NCBI GenBank assembly: GCA_043745195.1
Contig: JAYTTF010000188.1
Coordinates: 37,316-101,315, forward strand
Origin: Bryobacterales bacterium
GTDB taxonomy: Bacteria > Acidobacteriota > Terriglobia > Bryobacterales > Bryobacteraceae
Direction of reading: 5' to 3'
DNA: 64,000 nt
Shown: positions 1 to 9,069 of the stretch, in pieces
Numbering within the stretch: position 1 is the stretch's first letter
Layout of the letters: every line of letters starts with the position of its first letter
The notes under the pieces: generated by a model
Databases searched by the model: none
Seen by the model: only the letters and a program-made list of their open reading frames with translations
What the model was told of the DNA's origin: nothing
Translations under genes and position numbers: made by a program

Positions 1-3000
1 TCAACGCCTCGACTTCTGCGTGAAACTGGCGTGACAGAACTTGTGACCGACATTGTTTTGACATGCACCGGCGGGACGCCAACACTGGCGAATGCGCAAA
101 GTCCGCAGACCAACTTTCAGTTGACATCGAATGCGTTCATCACAACTCCTGTGAACACCGGGTTCATTGCACCTGCTAGCAATCCCTATGCGGCGGCTGG
201 AGCATTTGTATTTTTGGATGAACCCGCAGTAGGTTCGCAGTTCTTATGCGCGGCGCGATTTGCCTGTGCGAGTTTTGGAAATGGTACAGGCCAAGGGTAC
301 TACGGGTCTGGAGCGCAATCGGCGAACACGCCAAACGTTCGCAACGTGTATTCGGCATACTATCCACTTGGAAACACTTCGCAAACAGTTACCGCACCGT
401 CTAGGACAATCGTCTGGGATGGTGTGCCAGTTGATGGGACCAGTTCAGGGGTGCGGATATTCCGATTCACTGGAGTGAGAGTGAGCACGTTGAATTTGGG
501 GACGACTAGTGTTGTTGGTACTATTTCTTCGACGCTGCCAATTACAATCAACAATGCCACCTTGAATTTGGGTACGGTTGGGCATTTCATGACTACTGCA
601 TTGCGCGATGCCAGCGGCACTGATGTATTTCCGCCGACGGGCATCGATTTTCCGCAGAATGTGACGATGAATTTCAAGCGGGCGGCGACTCTGCAATTTC
701 GCAAGGAATTCGCAACGGCATTCCGGCCGCGCACTGCGTCAACTTTGACTAGTCTGGATGCTCCGCCACCGGTGGGACTTGCGGCGCAAACGAGTTTAGG
801 AGCCATCTACAATTCGGAATCCGGATTCTTTAATCCCGCATTTCCAAATGTTGTTCCTGGAGTGGGTAACGCATCGCAATCCGGATTGATGGATCAGGGA
901 ACAAGGCTGGTGGCACGCTTCAATAACCTGCCGGTTGGAGCGCAAGTCTATGTGGACATCTACAATACAGGCGCAGTTCTGGGTGGCCGGGTTGCGCGAT
1001 TGACTGCCTCTGAATTTGGTCCTTTCTCGGCTGCAGCGGCAACGGCTGGGCTGCCTGTAAGTAACGTGGCTCAACTTATAGTAACCAACGGAACTGCGGT
1101 CGCGGTTTGGGAAGTTCTGGGAGCGGATTTCGCCACGGCTATCAGTAATTGGGACTTCGGATTTTACTTGTCGTCTGCGCCGCTATCGGCTACAGTGAGC
1201 CCGACCATTCAAATGAGTGCGGGACCTGTGGATGGAAATGAGTTGCCTGCTAGTTTCTCTGCACCACGATTTATTGCGGGGAGTCCGGCGCGCACGCTTA
1301 TTTCGTACAGCACGCTTCCAAATCCTCCGCCTGCTGTGGTGCTGCCTGCATTGTTAGTAAACCCGGGGCAACTTACTTTTACGGCCTCCCAAGGATTGCC
1401 AAGTCCTGCGGCACAGAGTTTGAGTGTTACTTCCAGTGGCGAGAATTTTCCTTTCAGTGTTTCTTCCGGCGGCAGTTTGCCGCTGACATTAAGTGCGCTA
1501 CGAGGGAACACAGCCGGTTCTGTTTCTGTGGGTGTGAATACGGCTGGCCTTGCGCCCGGTAGTTACAAGGATACAGTTACAATAACTGCCGGCGGCACGT
1601 CGAATGGCAGTGTTTCAGTTCCTATTAGTGTTGTGGTGCGATCGAACCCAGTGATTTCGACGCTTGATCCGCCAGAGGTTGGCGCAGGTGGAGCGGGCTT
1701 CAATTTGACAGTGAATGGTAGAGGATTCCTCACTGGCGCATCGATGAATTTTGGCGGCACTGTGCTGACGCCTATTTCATCGACAGGGGCACAATTGGTG
1801 GTTCCTATTGCCGCAACCTTGATTGCTCAGGCTGGGACAATTCCAGTCTCGGTTACCAATCCTGATGGGGTTGTGTCCAACTCGGTTGACTTCGCAGTGC
1901 GGCGGCTGAACATCACATTATTGACCCCGGCTGTTCGCACGGCAACGTCGGCAGGCTTTGCACTGACCGTGACTGGTACAGGATTCCTGCCCGGCGCAAC
2001 GGTGGAGTTTGGCGGCACTTCGCTGAACCCGATTGGGACAACAGCAAGCTCACTTACTGTGAATGTTGCAGCGAGTGCATTGGTGCAAGCGGGGACGGTT
2101 CAGGTGAGTGTGATGAATCCCAACCGGCAAGTATCGAATTCCCTGCCCTTCGTCATTCGGCCAGTGCCGGTGATTGAATCGGCATCACCGAAACCTATTC
2201 CGTTGGGTAGCGCGGCAGTAACATTGACTGTAACTGGGAGAAACTTTTTTGATGGCGTGAAAATTCAGTGGAACGGGCAAGAACTTGCGACCAACTTTGG
2301 AAGCGCTACGCAACTTGGGGTAAATGTGCCAGCCAACCTGCTAACACAGTTGGGAAGCGCGGTGCTGACGGCAATTACTCCCGACATAGTGGTGTCTGCT
2401 CCTTACATTCAGCCGATTGGTTCCGTTACAATTAGTGTCCCAACGCTAACGGTTGGAGATGGACCGGTGACCGTCGTTATTACGGGTACGGGGTTTGGAC
2501 CCAATCCTGGCGTGCAGTTTTCCTGTCCACCTGCGGCGCTGGCGACGCTTGTGACCACCAGTGGTTCTAACACTTCAGTAACAGCGGTGATTCCGGCAAA
2601 TCTATTGTTGCAGGCCGGCACCTGCCAGATTATTGTGATTGGGCCGAACGGGCCCATTATCGTAGATGTGCCGGTGAACCCACGTCCCCAGATCACAACA
2701 CTTAGCCAGAACAACTCGCCGGCTGGAGGAACTGCACCACTTACATTATTAGTTAGTGGCACTGGTTTTGAGCCGGGTTCAATGGTGCGATGGAACGGTG
2801 CGCCGCTGCCGACAACTCCAGCGACAGGCGGTTTACAGGCGATTGTTCCAGTGACTTTATTAGCCACTCCGGGAAGCGTCACTATTACCGTTGTGGGTCC
2901 GAGAGGTTCTACATCGAACGGAGTGCCATTCACAATTTCGTTACCGCCGGTTAGTTTGCAATTGACCGTTCCGCCGGCAACAACACCAAGCAAGGATGAA

Positions 3001-3603
3001 ACGGTAACACTTGGACTAGGCGCTGCTTTCCCAGTGGATTTGGTGGGAACGCTGACGCTGACTTTCAAAGGCGATGGAATATTACCCGATGACCCCGCCA
3101 TTCAGTTTTCAAACAACAGCCGTACACTGCCAATCAACATACCGGCCGGGACGCGGCCTGCGATAAATGCCGTTTTCAAAACCGGGACGATAGCCGGGGT
3201 GATTACGTTGACTCCACAATTTACGAGCGGCGGCGCAGCGGTGACGGGGACTGGCTTGGGTCCGCAAACATTGACTGTGGCGCGCCTTGCTCCGGTGCTA
3301 ACCGCTGTAACATGCACGCGTGCCAGTGGAGCATTCAATGTTGTGACTGATGGCTATACGAACACGCGGCAAGCTACGCAGGCACAGTTCACATTCACGG
3401 GTGATAATCTGGGAACTGCATCTTTGGGTGTGGATGCTACAACTGCATTTAATACATGGGCAGCGGGGAATTCACCGGGCGGCACGTTCCGCTATACCCA
3501 AGCTTTCAACGTGCAGGGAAATGTAAGCGCGATCACAACAGTTGCGGTGCGGTTGACCAATTCAGTTGGACAATCAGCGGAGCGCAGTGCGAGCTGCCAA
3601 TAA
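1..3603 (+). CDS. Large secreted Ig-like surface protein with tandem IPT/TIG repeats (5' end outside window)
   Basis: Frame 1 is open from nt 1 (no stop before the listed GTG at 31), so the N-terminus is missing. Five ~85-aa IPT/TIG-type repeats lie at ~nt 1648-2940 (e.g. PVISTLDPPEVGAGGAGFNLTVNGRGFLTGASMNFGG...VSVTNPDGVVSNSVDFAV). Composition is Thr/Gly/Val/Asn-rich, typical of beta proteins. TAA at 3601-3603. Confidence 0.8.
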   Translation, partial: STPRLLRETGVTELVTDIVLTCTGGTPTLANAQSPQTNFQLTSNAFITTPVNTGFIAPASNPYAAAGAFVFLDEPAVGSQFLCAARFACASFGNGTGQGYYGSGAQSANTPNVRNVYSAYYPLGNTSQTVTAPSRTIVWDGVPVDGTSSGVRIFRFTGVRVSTLNLGTTSVVGTISSTLPITINNATLNLGTVGHFMTTALRDASGTDVFPPTGIDFPQNVTMNFKRAATLQFRKEFATAFRPRTASTLTSLDAPPPVGLAAQTSLGAIYNSESGFFNPAFPNVVPGVGNASQSGLMDQGTRLVARFNNLPVGAQVYVDIYNTGAVLGGRVARLTASEFGPFSAAAATAGLPVSNVAQLIVTNGTAVAVWEVLGADFATAISNWDFGFYLSSAPLSATVSPTIQMSAGPVDGNELPASFSAPRFIAGSPARTLISYSTLPNPPPAVVLPALLVNPGQLTFTASQGLPSPAAQSLSVTSSGENFPFSVSSGGSLPLTLSALRGNTAGSVSVGVNTAGLAPGSYKDTVTITAGGTSNGSVSVPISVVVRSNPVISTLDPPEVGAGGAGFNLTVNGRGFLTGASMNFGGTVLTPISSTGAQLVVPIAATLIAQAGTIPVSVTNPDGVVSNSVDFAVRRLNITLLTPAVRTATSAGFALTVTGTGFLPGATVEFGGTSLNPIGTTASSLTVNVAASALVQAGTVQVSVMNPNRQVSNSLPFVIRPVPVIESASPKPIPLGSAAVTLTVTGRNFFDGVKIQWNGQELATNFGSATQLGVNVPANLLTQLGSAVLTAITPDIVVSAPYIQPIGSVTISVPTLTVGDGPVTVVITGTGFGPNPGVQFSCPPAALATLVTTSGSNTSVTAVIPANLLLQAGTCQIIVIGPNGPIIVDVPVNPRPQITTLSQNNSPAGGTAPLTLLVSGTGFEPGSMVRWNGAPLPTTPATGGLQAIVPVTLLATPGSVTITVVGPRGSTSNGVPFTISLPPVSLQLTVPPATTPSKDETVTLGLGAAFPVDLVGTLTLTFKGDGILPDDPAIQFSNNSRTLPINIPAGTRPAINAVFKTGTIAGVITLTPQFTSGGAAVTGTGLGPQTLTVARLAPVLTAVTCTRASGAFNVVTDGYTNTRQATQAQFTFTGDNLGTASLGVDATTAFNTWAAGNSPGGTFRYTQAFNVQGNVSAITTVAVRLTNSVGQSAERSASCQ

Positions 3604-3606
3604 ATA

Positions 3607-5712
3607 ATGAGTGAGGATTCAGAGAAAACACGGCTTGCAGGAAGCTTGTTGGTCTTAAAAGAACGCTACGAAGTGGAGCGTGAGCTTGGCCGTGGCGGGA
3701 TGAGCGTTGTGTATTTGGCAAGGGACCGCAAGCTGATGAATAAGCGTGTTGTGGTGAAAGTGCTGCTGGACGAATCACAACAAGACGCGTGGATCCGCAA
3801 GAAATTTTTGCAGGAAATGGAAGCACTGGCGCGGATTGATCATCCTGGTGTTGTGGGCGCACTGGACACTGGGGAAACGGCTGAGGGCAGGCAGTTTCTG
3901 GTAATGCAATACATTGAAGGCCAGAATCTTCGACAGGCGTTGGAAAAGGGGCCACTGGAATTCGGTAGGGCGGCAAGCATCTTAAGGCAAGTGGGTCAGG
4001 CGTTGAGCGCTGCGCATGATAAAGGGGTATGGCACCGTGATTTCACCCCGGAAAACATTATGCTGCAAAAGCATGGGGCAAGCGAAGAACACGCCAAAAT
4101 TATTGATTTCGGGATAGCAGGAATTCAGGATTCGGCCTTCGGTGGGGAAAAAACGCAAGTGGCGGGAAAGTATTCGTACATGTCGCCCGAACAGTTTGCT
4201 GGAAAGCCTTCCGCAACGACGGATGTTTATGCCATGGGAATTTGCGCCTATGAAATGATGACTGGGCAGAAGCCGTTCGCGGCAACGCTTGAGCATTTGG
4301 TGTCCGCTGAAAAGGCAAAGCCGGAGCCTCCGCAAAATCTACGCTCCGGGTTACCCGATGAGGCTGGCAGGGCAATTCTGAAAGCTATTTCGTACCGGGA
4401 AGCGGATCGCTTCCAGACGGCTCACGAGTTTGGCGAAGCGATTTCGCAAGCGCTGGTTGCCAAGCAAACGGGGAAAGGAAAGGCGAAGGACCCCAGCAAT
4501 TTGGAAGTGGGTCACATTCTGTTTACGGATCTGGTTGGATATTCGCTTCTGCCCATGGATAAGCAACGGGAATATTTGGCGGAACTGCAGAATATTGTGC
4601 GTGGTTCGGGTGCGTTCAAGAATGCGGAAGACAACGACGATGTGATCAGTTTGCCGACGGGTGATGGAATGGCGCTGTCCTTCTTTGGCGATCCTACACA
4701 GCCGGCGCAATGCTCATTTGAGATTTCAAAAGCTTTGTTGACCCGTCCTCACTTGAAATTGCGCATGGGTATACATTCGGGTCCCGTGTACAAGGTTGCC
4801 GATATCAACGCCAATTCCAATGTGGCAGGCGGCGGCATCAACATGGCGCAACGGGTAATGGATTCGGGAGATGCCGGACACATTCTGGTTTCTGAGGCGA
4901 TGGCAGAAACGTTGATGCAGTTAAGCAGTTGGCGTCCGTACCTGGTGGATTTTGGGGAACGGACAGTGAAGCACGGCGTGATTCTGCATATCTACAATTT
5001 GGCGACGGCTGAATTGGGAAGGACAGTTCTACCGCAGAAATTTGTTGTGGAAATGAAGGAAAAGCGGTCGGCGTCGAATAAGAAACCGATGGCGGCTTTG
5101 GCGGCGGTGGCACTTCTGGGGACTTTGGGATTTGGGGTTTGGAAGTTCATGGTGCCAATTGCGACGCATGAATTGCAATATTTTTTCACTGTGCAGCGCA
5201 GTCGTAACGAGCAGGATTTTGGCCAGGCTTTTCGCAGCGCAGGGAATGTGATTTTTGAAACGGACTATAAAGTGGCGTTGAATGTAACTTCGCCACAGCA
5301 GGGTTATCTTTATGTACTGAACGAAGGGATGGACGCTGAGAAAGGCAAGAAGACTTTCGTGATTCTTTCACCGCTTGCTGGTGCGGAGTGGGATTCGAAG
5401 ATTAGCCAAGGTCAGACGGTGCGCATCCCCAAGGAAAGCTGGTTCCGGATGGATCAGGCTACTGGAACGGAAATTTGCTACGTGGTGTGGTCTGTTGTAC
5501 CCGTGCAGGAAATTGAAAAGCACAAAGCCTCTTCCAATGTTCGAGGTGGAGTGATAAATATTGAGGACGGGGCGTTGATCAGTGAATTACGGGAGTTTTT
5601 GAAAAAGAATTCCGGGGCGCTGGTGGAAAAGAATAATGAGCAAACCAACCAGACGGAACTAAAGGGCACGGGGGATATTCTGGTGCAAAAAATTCCGCTG
5701 AGGCATCAGTGA
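3607..5712 (+). CDS. Receptor-type Ser/Thr protein kinase fused to a class III nucleotidyl cyclase, one TM helix and a C-terminal DUF4384-like extracytoplasmic domain
   Basis: 701 aa. Hanks kinase motifs: LGRGGMSVVY G-loop, VVVKVL lysine, HRDFTPEN catalytic loop, DFG, SPE. Cyclase motifs: FTDLVGYS, GDGMALSFFG, RMGIHSGPV, GGGINMAQR. TM segment AALAAVALLGTLGFGVW. C-terminal YKVALNVTSPQQGYLYVLNEG... resembles DUF4384. Starts 3 nt after the upstream stop. Confidence 0.85.
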   Translation: MSEDSEKTRLAGSLLVLKERYEVERELGRGGMSVVYLARDRKLMNKRVVVKVLLDESQQDAWIRKKFLQEMEALARIDHPGVVGALDTGETAEGRQFLVMQYIEGQNLRQALEKGPLEFGRAASILRQVGQALSAAHDKGVWHRDFTPENIMLQKHGASEEHAKIIDFGIAGIQDSAFGGEKTQVAGKYSYMSPEQFAGKPSATTDVYAMGICAYEMMTGQKPFAATLEHLVSAEKAKPEPPQNLRSGLPDEAGRAILKAISYREADRFQTAHEFGEAISQALVAKQTGKGKAKDPSNLEVGHILFTDLVGYSLLPMDKQREYLAELQNIVRGSGAFKNAEDNDDVISLPTGDGMALSFFGDPTQPAQCSFEISKALLTRPHLKLRMGIHSGPVYKVADINANSNVAGGGINMAQRVMDSGDAGHILVSEAMAETLMQLSSWRPYLVDFGERTVKHGVILHIYNLATAELGRTVLPQKFVVEMKEKRSASNKKPMAALAAVALLGTLGFGVWKFMVPIATHELQYFFTVQRSRNEQDFGQAFRSAGNVIFETDYKVALNVTSPQQGYLYVLNEGMDAEKGKKTFVILSPLAGAEWDSKISQGQTVRIPKESWFRMDQATGTEICYVVWSVVPVQEIEKHKASSNVRGGVINIEDGALISELREFLKKNSGALVEKNNEQTNQTELKGTGDILVQKIPLRHQ

Positions 5713-5724
5713 GGTGAAACAATC

Positions 5725-6963
5725 ATGCGAAAGACTGTAGTAATACTGATGTTGGCGACAGGGTTGCAGGCGCAGGCTCCGAAGTATATTGGTGCGGGCG
5801 GTTGCGCCAGTTCCAATTGCCATGGCGGCACTTCAGCGGCGAATGAAAAAGACAGCCGGATTTGGGGTAACGAGTTCGCGATTTGGCAATTGAACGATAA
5901 GCATTCGAAGGCGTCAAAGGTGCTGTCCGATCCGCGTTCAAAGCGGATGGCGGAAATTTTGAAAATTTCCGATCCGCAGAAAGATGCCAAGTGCACTTCG
6001 TGCCATGCTGCGGGCTCACCGGAAAAGACAGCCAACGATGGGGTAGCTTGCGAGGCCTGCCACGGTCCGGCGGAAAAGTGGTTGGGCACACATACTCAAG
6101 CCAATTCGCATGCTGCAAGTGTTGCCAGCGGAATGGTGGATACGAAGAATATCAGGCTGCGGGCGGGCAACTGCATGGAATGCCATGTAGGTTCAAAAGA
6201 CCGCGTGGTGAACCATGAACTTTATGCGGCTGGGCATCCGGATTTGAATTTTGAATTGGACACGTTCACTTGGGCGCAGCCCGTTCATCATCGCGAGGTG
6301 AAGCCCTCCGCTGGGAACAGCAAACCACGTGTGCGGAACTGGGCGGTGGGACAGGCAACTGGATTGGCAGAAGGGATGCGATTGCTGGCGACGCGCGCGG
6401 CTACCAGTTGGCCGGAATTCGCGGAGCTTGAATGTTACCAATGCCATCACGATTTGCATCAGGATAGCTGGCGGATTCAGCAGGGTTATGGAGCGCGGAA
6501 GCCGGGAAGCCTGCAATTGAATATGGCTCGGTTGACGGTGCTGCGGGTGTTAGTGGCGCAGATGGCTCCAGAGATGCGCGGGGCGCTGGATGGGGCACTG
6601 AACGAAGTTGCGGCATCGGTTTCAAACCAACTGAGCGTAGGCCCAAAGAATGCGGCGGAAAGAGCTGCGGCGTTGGGAGATCAACTGGCCGCAAAATTTG
6701 CGCAGACTGATTTCACGGAACAAAATGCCAGAGCAATTGTGCGCGCATTGGCGGCGGATAGTAACCGAATTGCCGGCAACGGCGTTCATGCAGCGGAAGT
6801 GGCGACGATGTCACTTGACTCGCTTACAGCGGCCATAACAGGCAATTCCAAAGATGCGCAGCAAGCCATGGCGCCTCTGTACGATTACTTAGAGCATCCA
6901 TCGGCGTACACGCCAGTTGGATTCGCCGCACTCTTCCGCAAGGCTGCGGGAGCCGTAAACTAA
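5725..6963 (+). CDS. Secreted pentahaem c-type cytochrome (cytochrome c554-like family)
   Basis: 412 aa. Signal peptide MRKTVVILMLATGLQAQA. Haem-c motifs CASSNCH (CX4CH), CTSCH, CEACH, CMECH, CYQCH. GAGGTGA RBS just upstream. 13-nt gap to the next gene. Confidence 0.85.
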   Translation: MRKTVVILMLATGLQAQAPKYIGAGGCASSNCHGGTSAANEKDSRIWGNEFAIWQLNDKHSKASKVLSDPRSKRMAEILKISDPQKDAKCTSCHAAGSPEKTANDGVACEACHGPAEKWLGTHTQANSHAASVASGMVDTKNIRLRAGNCMECHVGSKDRVVNHELYAAGHPDLNFELDTFTWAQPVHHREVKPSAGNSKPRVRNWAVGQATGLAEGMRLLATRAATSWPEFAELECYQCHHDLHQDSWRIQQGYGARKPGSLQLNMARLTVLRVLVAQMAPEMRGALDGALNEVAASVSNQLSVGPKNAAERAAALGDQLAAKFAQTDFTEQNARAIVRALAADSNRIAGNGVHAAEVATMSLDSLTAAITGNSKDAQQAMAPLYDYLEHPSAYTPVGFAALFRKAAGAVN

Positions 6964-6975
6964 CGAGGAGGCGGA

Positions 6976-9069
6976 ATGAAACTCCGCATCATACTGTTAG
7001 CTGCGGCGCTACTAGCCGCACACACTGGTTATGCGCAGCGGGCGCAATTGCCGGTGAAAGGCCGTCGCGCCGAGAAGGGCCAGCGGGTGAAGCGTACTGC
7101 TTTGCGCAAACTGCCTCGCAAGAAGCCATTGGGACAGACTCTGAACTACGTTGTGCCGCTGGAAGAATTTTTAGCGAGGGAGCGTGCTCGTCCTGTAGTG
7201 GAACGCACGTTTGCGGATGACCGGCTGCGGCGACTGGTTCGTACTGCCCCGGAGTTGGCGCGCATCGCACCCCTGGTGAGATGGGATGAAAAAGCAATTA
7301 ACATTTTGCCACGTCCGGTTTATGTTGACACGCTTGCTGGACTTTTGCCGACCTTCGTTATGCCGGATGTTAGCAAAGAAGATGGAACCGTACCGAACCG
7401 TTGGCGCATTGGATTTCCTGGATGGCGCCGCTACGAGAACAAGAAACTGGACGCGATGTATGCGCGGGAGCGTTGGTATGATCCATTCAATCGCAATCAG
7501 TTCAAGGGTGACTATCCGATTTTTGGACGCAAGAATTTCCTGAACTTCACAGGAGTTTCCGAGACGTTGACTGAGTTTCGGCGAGTGCCGGTGCCAAGTG
7601 TGCAGAGTGCAGCAAGGGCCAATGATTATGGGTTCTTTGGCCAGGGCAATCAGATTGCCGTCCGTCAGAGTTTCCGATTGAGCTTCGATTTGTTCCGCGG
7701 CAGCGCGGGGTTCAAGCCTGTTGATTATGAGCTGCGCATTACTCCTGAGTTCAACATTAATTATTTGAACACCAGGGAGAACGGGTTGACGCGGATCGAC
7801 GTGCGGCAAGGGACGAATCGGACGGATACTAATGTGAGTTTGCAGGAAGCCTTCTTTGAAAAAAGGCTATTCACCAATTCGTTGAGCGCGTTTCGCAAGG
7901 CCAAGGACACTGATGATAACGGAAGCGCCTACTACGATTTCACGTCGTTACGATTGGGCATTCAACGGTTCACTAGCGATTTCAGGGGCTTTGTGTTTTC
8001 TGATGAGCAGCCCGGCGTAAGGCTTTTTGGAAATTTCCACAACAATATTTTTCAGTACAATTTGGCGTATTTCAACATGCTGGAAAAAGATACCAACAGC
8101 GGCTTGAACCGTTGGCGATTGCGGAACCAGCGCGTCTACGCGGCGAATGTTTATTGGAGCGACGCCTTTACCAAAGGCTATACGATGAATTTCAGTTTGC
8201 TGTATAACAACGATCAGCCGACGTTCCACATCGACAAGAATGGCTTTTTGGTAAGGCCAGCGCCGATTGGCTTGCCTGTGGCGCACAAGGTGAGAGCCGG
8301 GTATGCCGGGATTTCCGGGGACGGGCATATTGGCCGCATCAACATTACGCATTCCTTCTATCAGGCTTTTGGGCGGGATGATCTGCACCCATTGCCCGCG
8401 CAGAAGCAGGCGCAACATATTAATGCGCAACTGGCGGCGCTTGAAGTGGCTTACGAATCGGATTGGAAGATTTTCCGTATGTCGGCATTTTATACTTCCG
8501 GCGACAAGGACATCAACGATGGCCAGGCGCGTGGGTTCGATGCCATTGTGCCGAACCAACAGTTCGCTGGCGGTGGATTTCTAGGGAATGCAAGTCTGGC
8601 TGATCGAGGGCTGATTAACAACGCATTTGAAGGCGGCGGGACAAACTTCCTGAACCGTCAGGCGATCCCTTTGACGGGCACTGGTGTGGTTTTGTTTGGA
8701 CCGAATAGTCTGATTCCAAATCTGCGGGCTGGACTTTTTCAAGGTCAGGCAAACTTTATCAACCCGGGTATTTTTCTGGTGAATGCCGGGTTTGACGCGA
8801 AGATAACTCCGAAACTACGTGGGACGATTAACACGAATTATGCACGCTTTATGAGAACCGAGGTGTTGGAAACGTTACTGTTTCAAAGCGGCATCCGGCA
8901 TGGCATTGGCATTGATACAGGCTTTGGCGTGCAATACCGGCCCAAGCTAAATGACAACATTGTGGTGAATTCCGGCTTTGGCATTTTGGTGCCACAAGCA
9001 GGCTTTAAGAATATTTATAACGGGCGAACGCTGTATTCCAGCTTCGTCAATGTGCGGTTGGTGTTTTGA
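6976..9069 (+). CDS. Putative large outer-membrane beta-barrel protein
   Basis: 697 aa. Signal peptide [21 protein letters not shown] followed by a basic linker. Aromatic/Gly/Asn-rich composition with alternating hydrophobicity. C-terminus ...FVNVRLVF has the terminal Phe typical of BAM substrates. GAGGAGG RBS. No family recognised by eye. Confidence 0.65.
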   Translation: MKLRIILLAAALLAAHTGYAQRAQLPVKGRRAEKGQRVKRTALRKLPRKKPLGQTLNYVVPLEEFLARERARPVVERTFADDRLRRLVRTAPELARIAPLVRWDEKAINILPRPVYVDTLAGLLPTFVMPDVSKEDGTVPNRWRIGFPGWRRYENKKLDAMYARERWYDPFNRNQFKGDYPIFGRKNFLNFTGVSETLTEFRRVPVPSVQSAARANDYGFFGQGNQIAVRQSFRLSFDLFRGSAGFKPVDYELRITPEFNINYLNTRENGLTRIDVRQGTNRTDTNVSLQEAFFEKRLFTNSLSAFRKAKDTDDNGSAYYDFTSLRLGIQRFTSDFRGFVFSDEQPGVRLFGNFHNNIFQYNLAYFNMLEKDTNSGLNRWRLRNQRVYAANVYWSDAFTKGYTMNFSLLYNNDQPTFHIDKNGFLVRPAPIGLPVAHKVRAGYAGISGDGHIGRINITHSFYQAFGRDDLHPLPAQKQAQHINAQLAALEVAYESDWKIFRMSAFYTSGDKDINDGQARGFDAIVPNQQFAGGGFLGNASLADRGLINNAFEGGGTNFLNRQAIPLTGTGVVLFGPNSLIPNLRAGLFQGQANFINPGIFLVNAGFDAKITPKLRGTINTNYARFMRTEVLETLLFQSGIRHGIGIDTGFGVQYRPKLNDNIVVNSGFGILVPQAGFKNIYNGRTLYSSFVNVRLVF

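Noticed and set aside
2749-2756. TTAGTTAG tandem 4-mer inside the IPT/TIG gene
   Set aside because: It is in frame (L-L-V-S) in an intact ORF. This shows that such tandem 4-mers also arise by chance, so it serves as a control for the TTAATTAA observation.
2409-3101. 230-aa minus-strand ORF inside the IPT/TIG gene
   Set aside because: Antisense shadow of a strongly supported repeat-bearing plus-strand gene. Gly/Pro/Thr/Val-rich mirror composition, no start context.
7171-8559. 212-aa and 203-aa minus-strand ORFs inside the beta-barrel gene
   Set aside because: Antisense to a signal-peptide-bearing ORF with a good RBS. Arg/His-rich junk-like composition.
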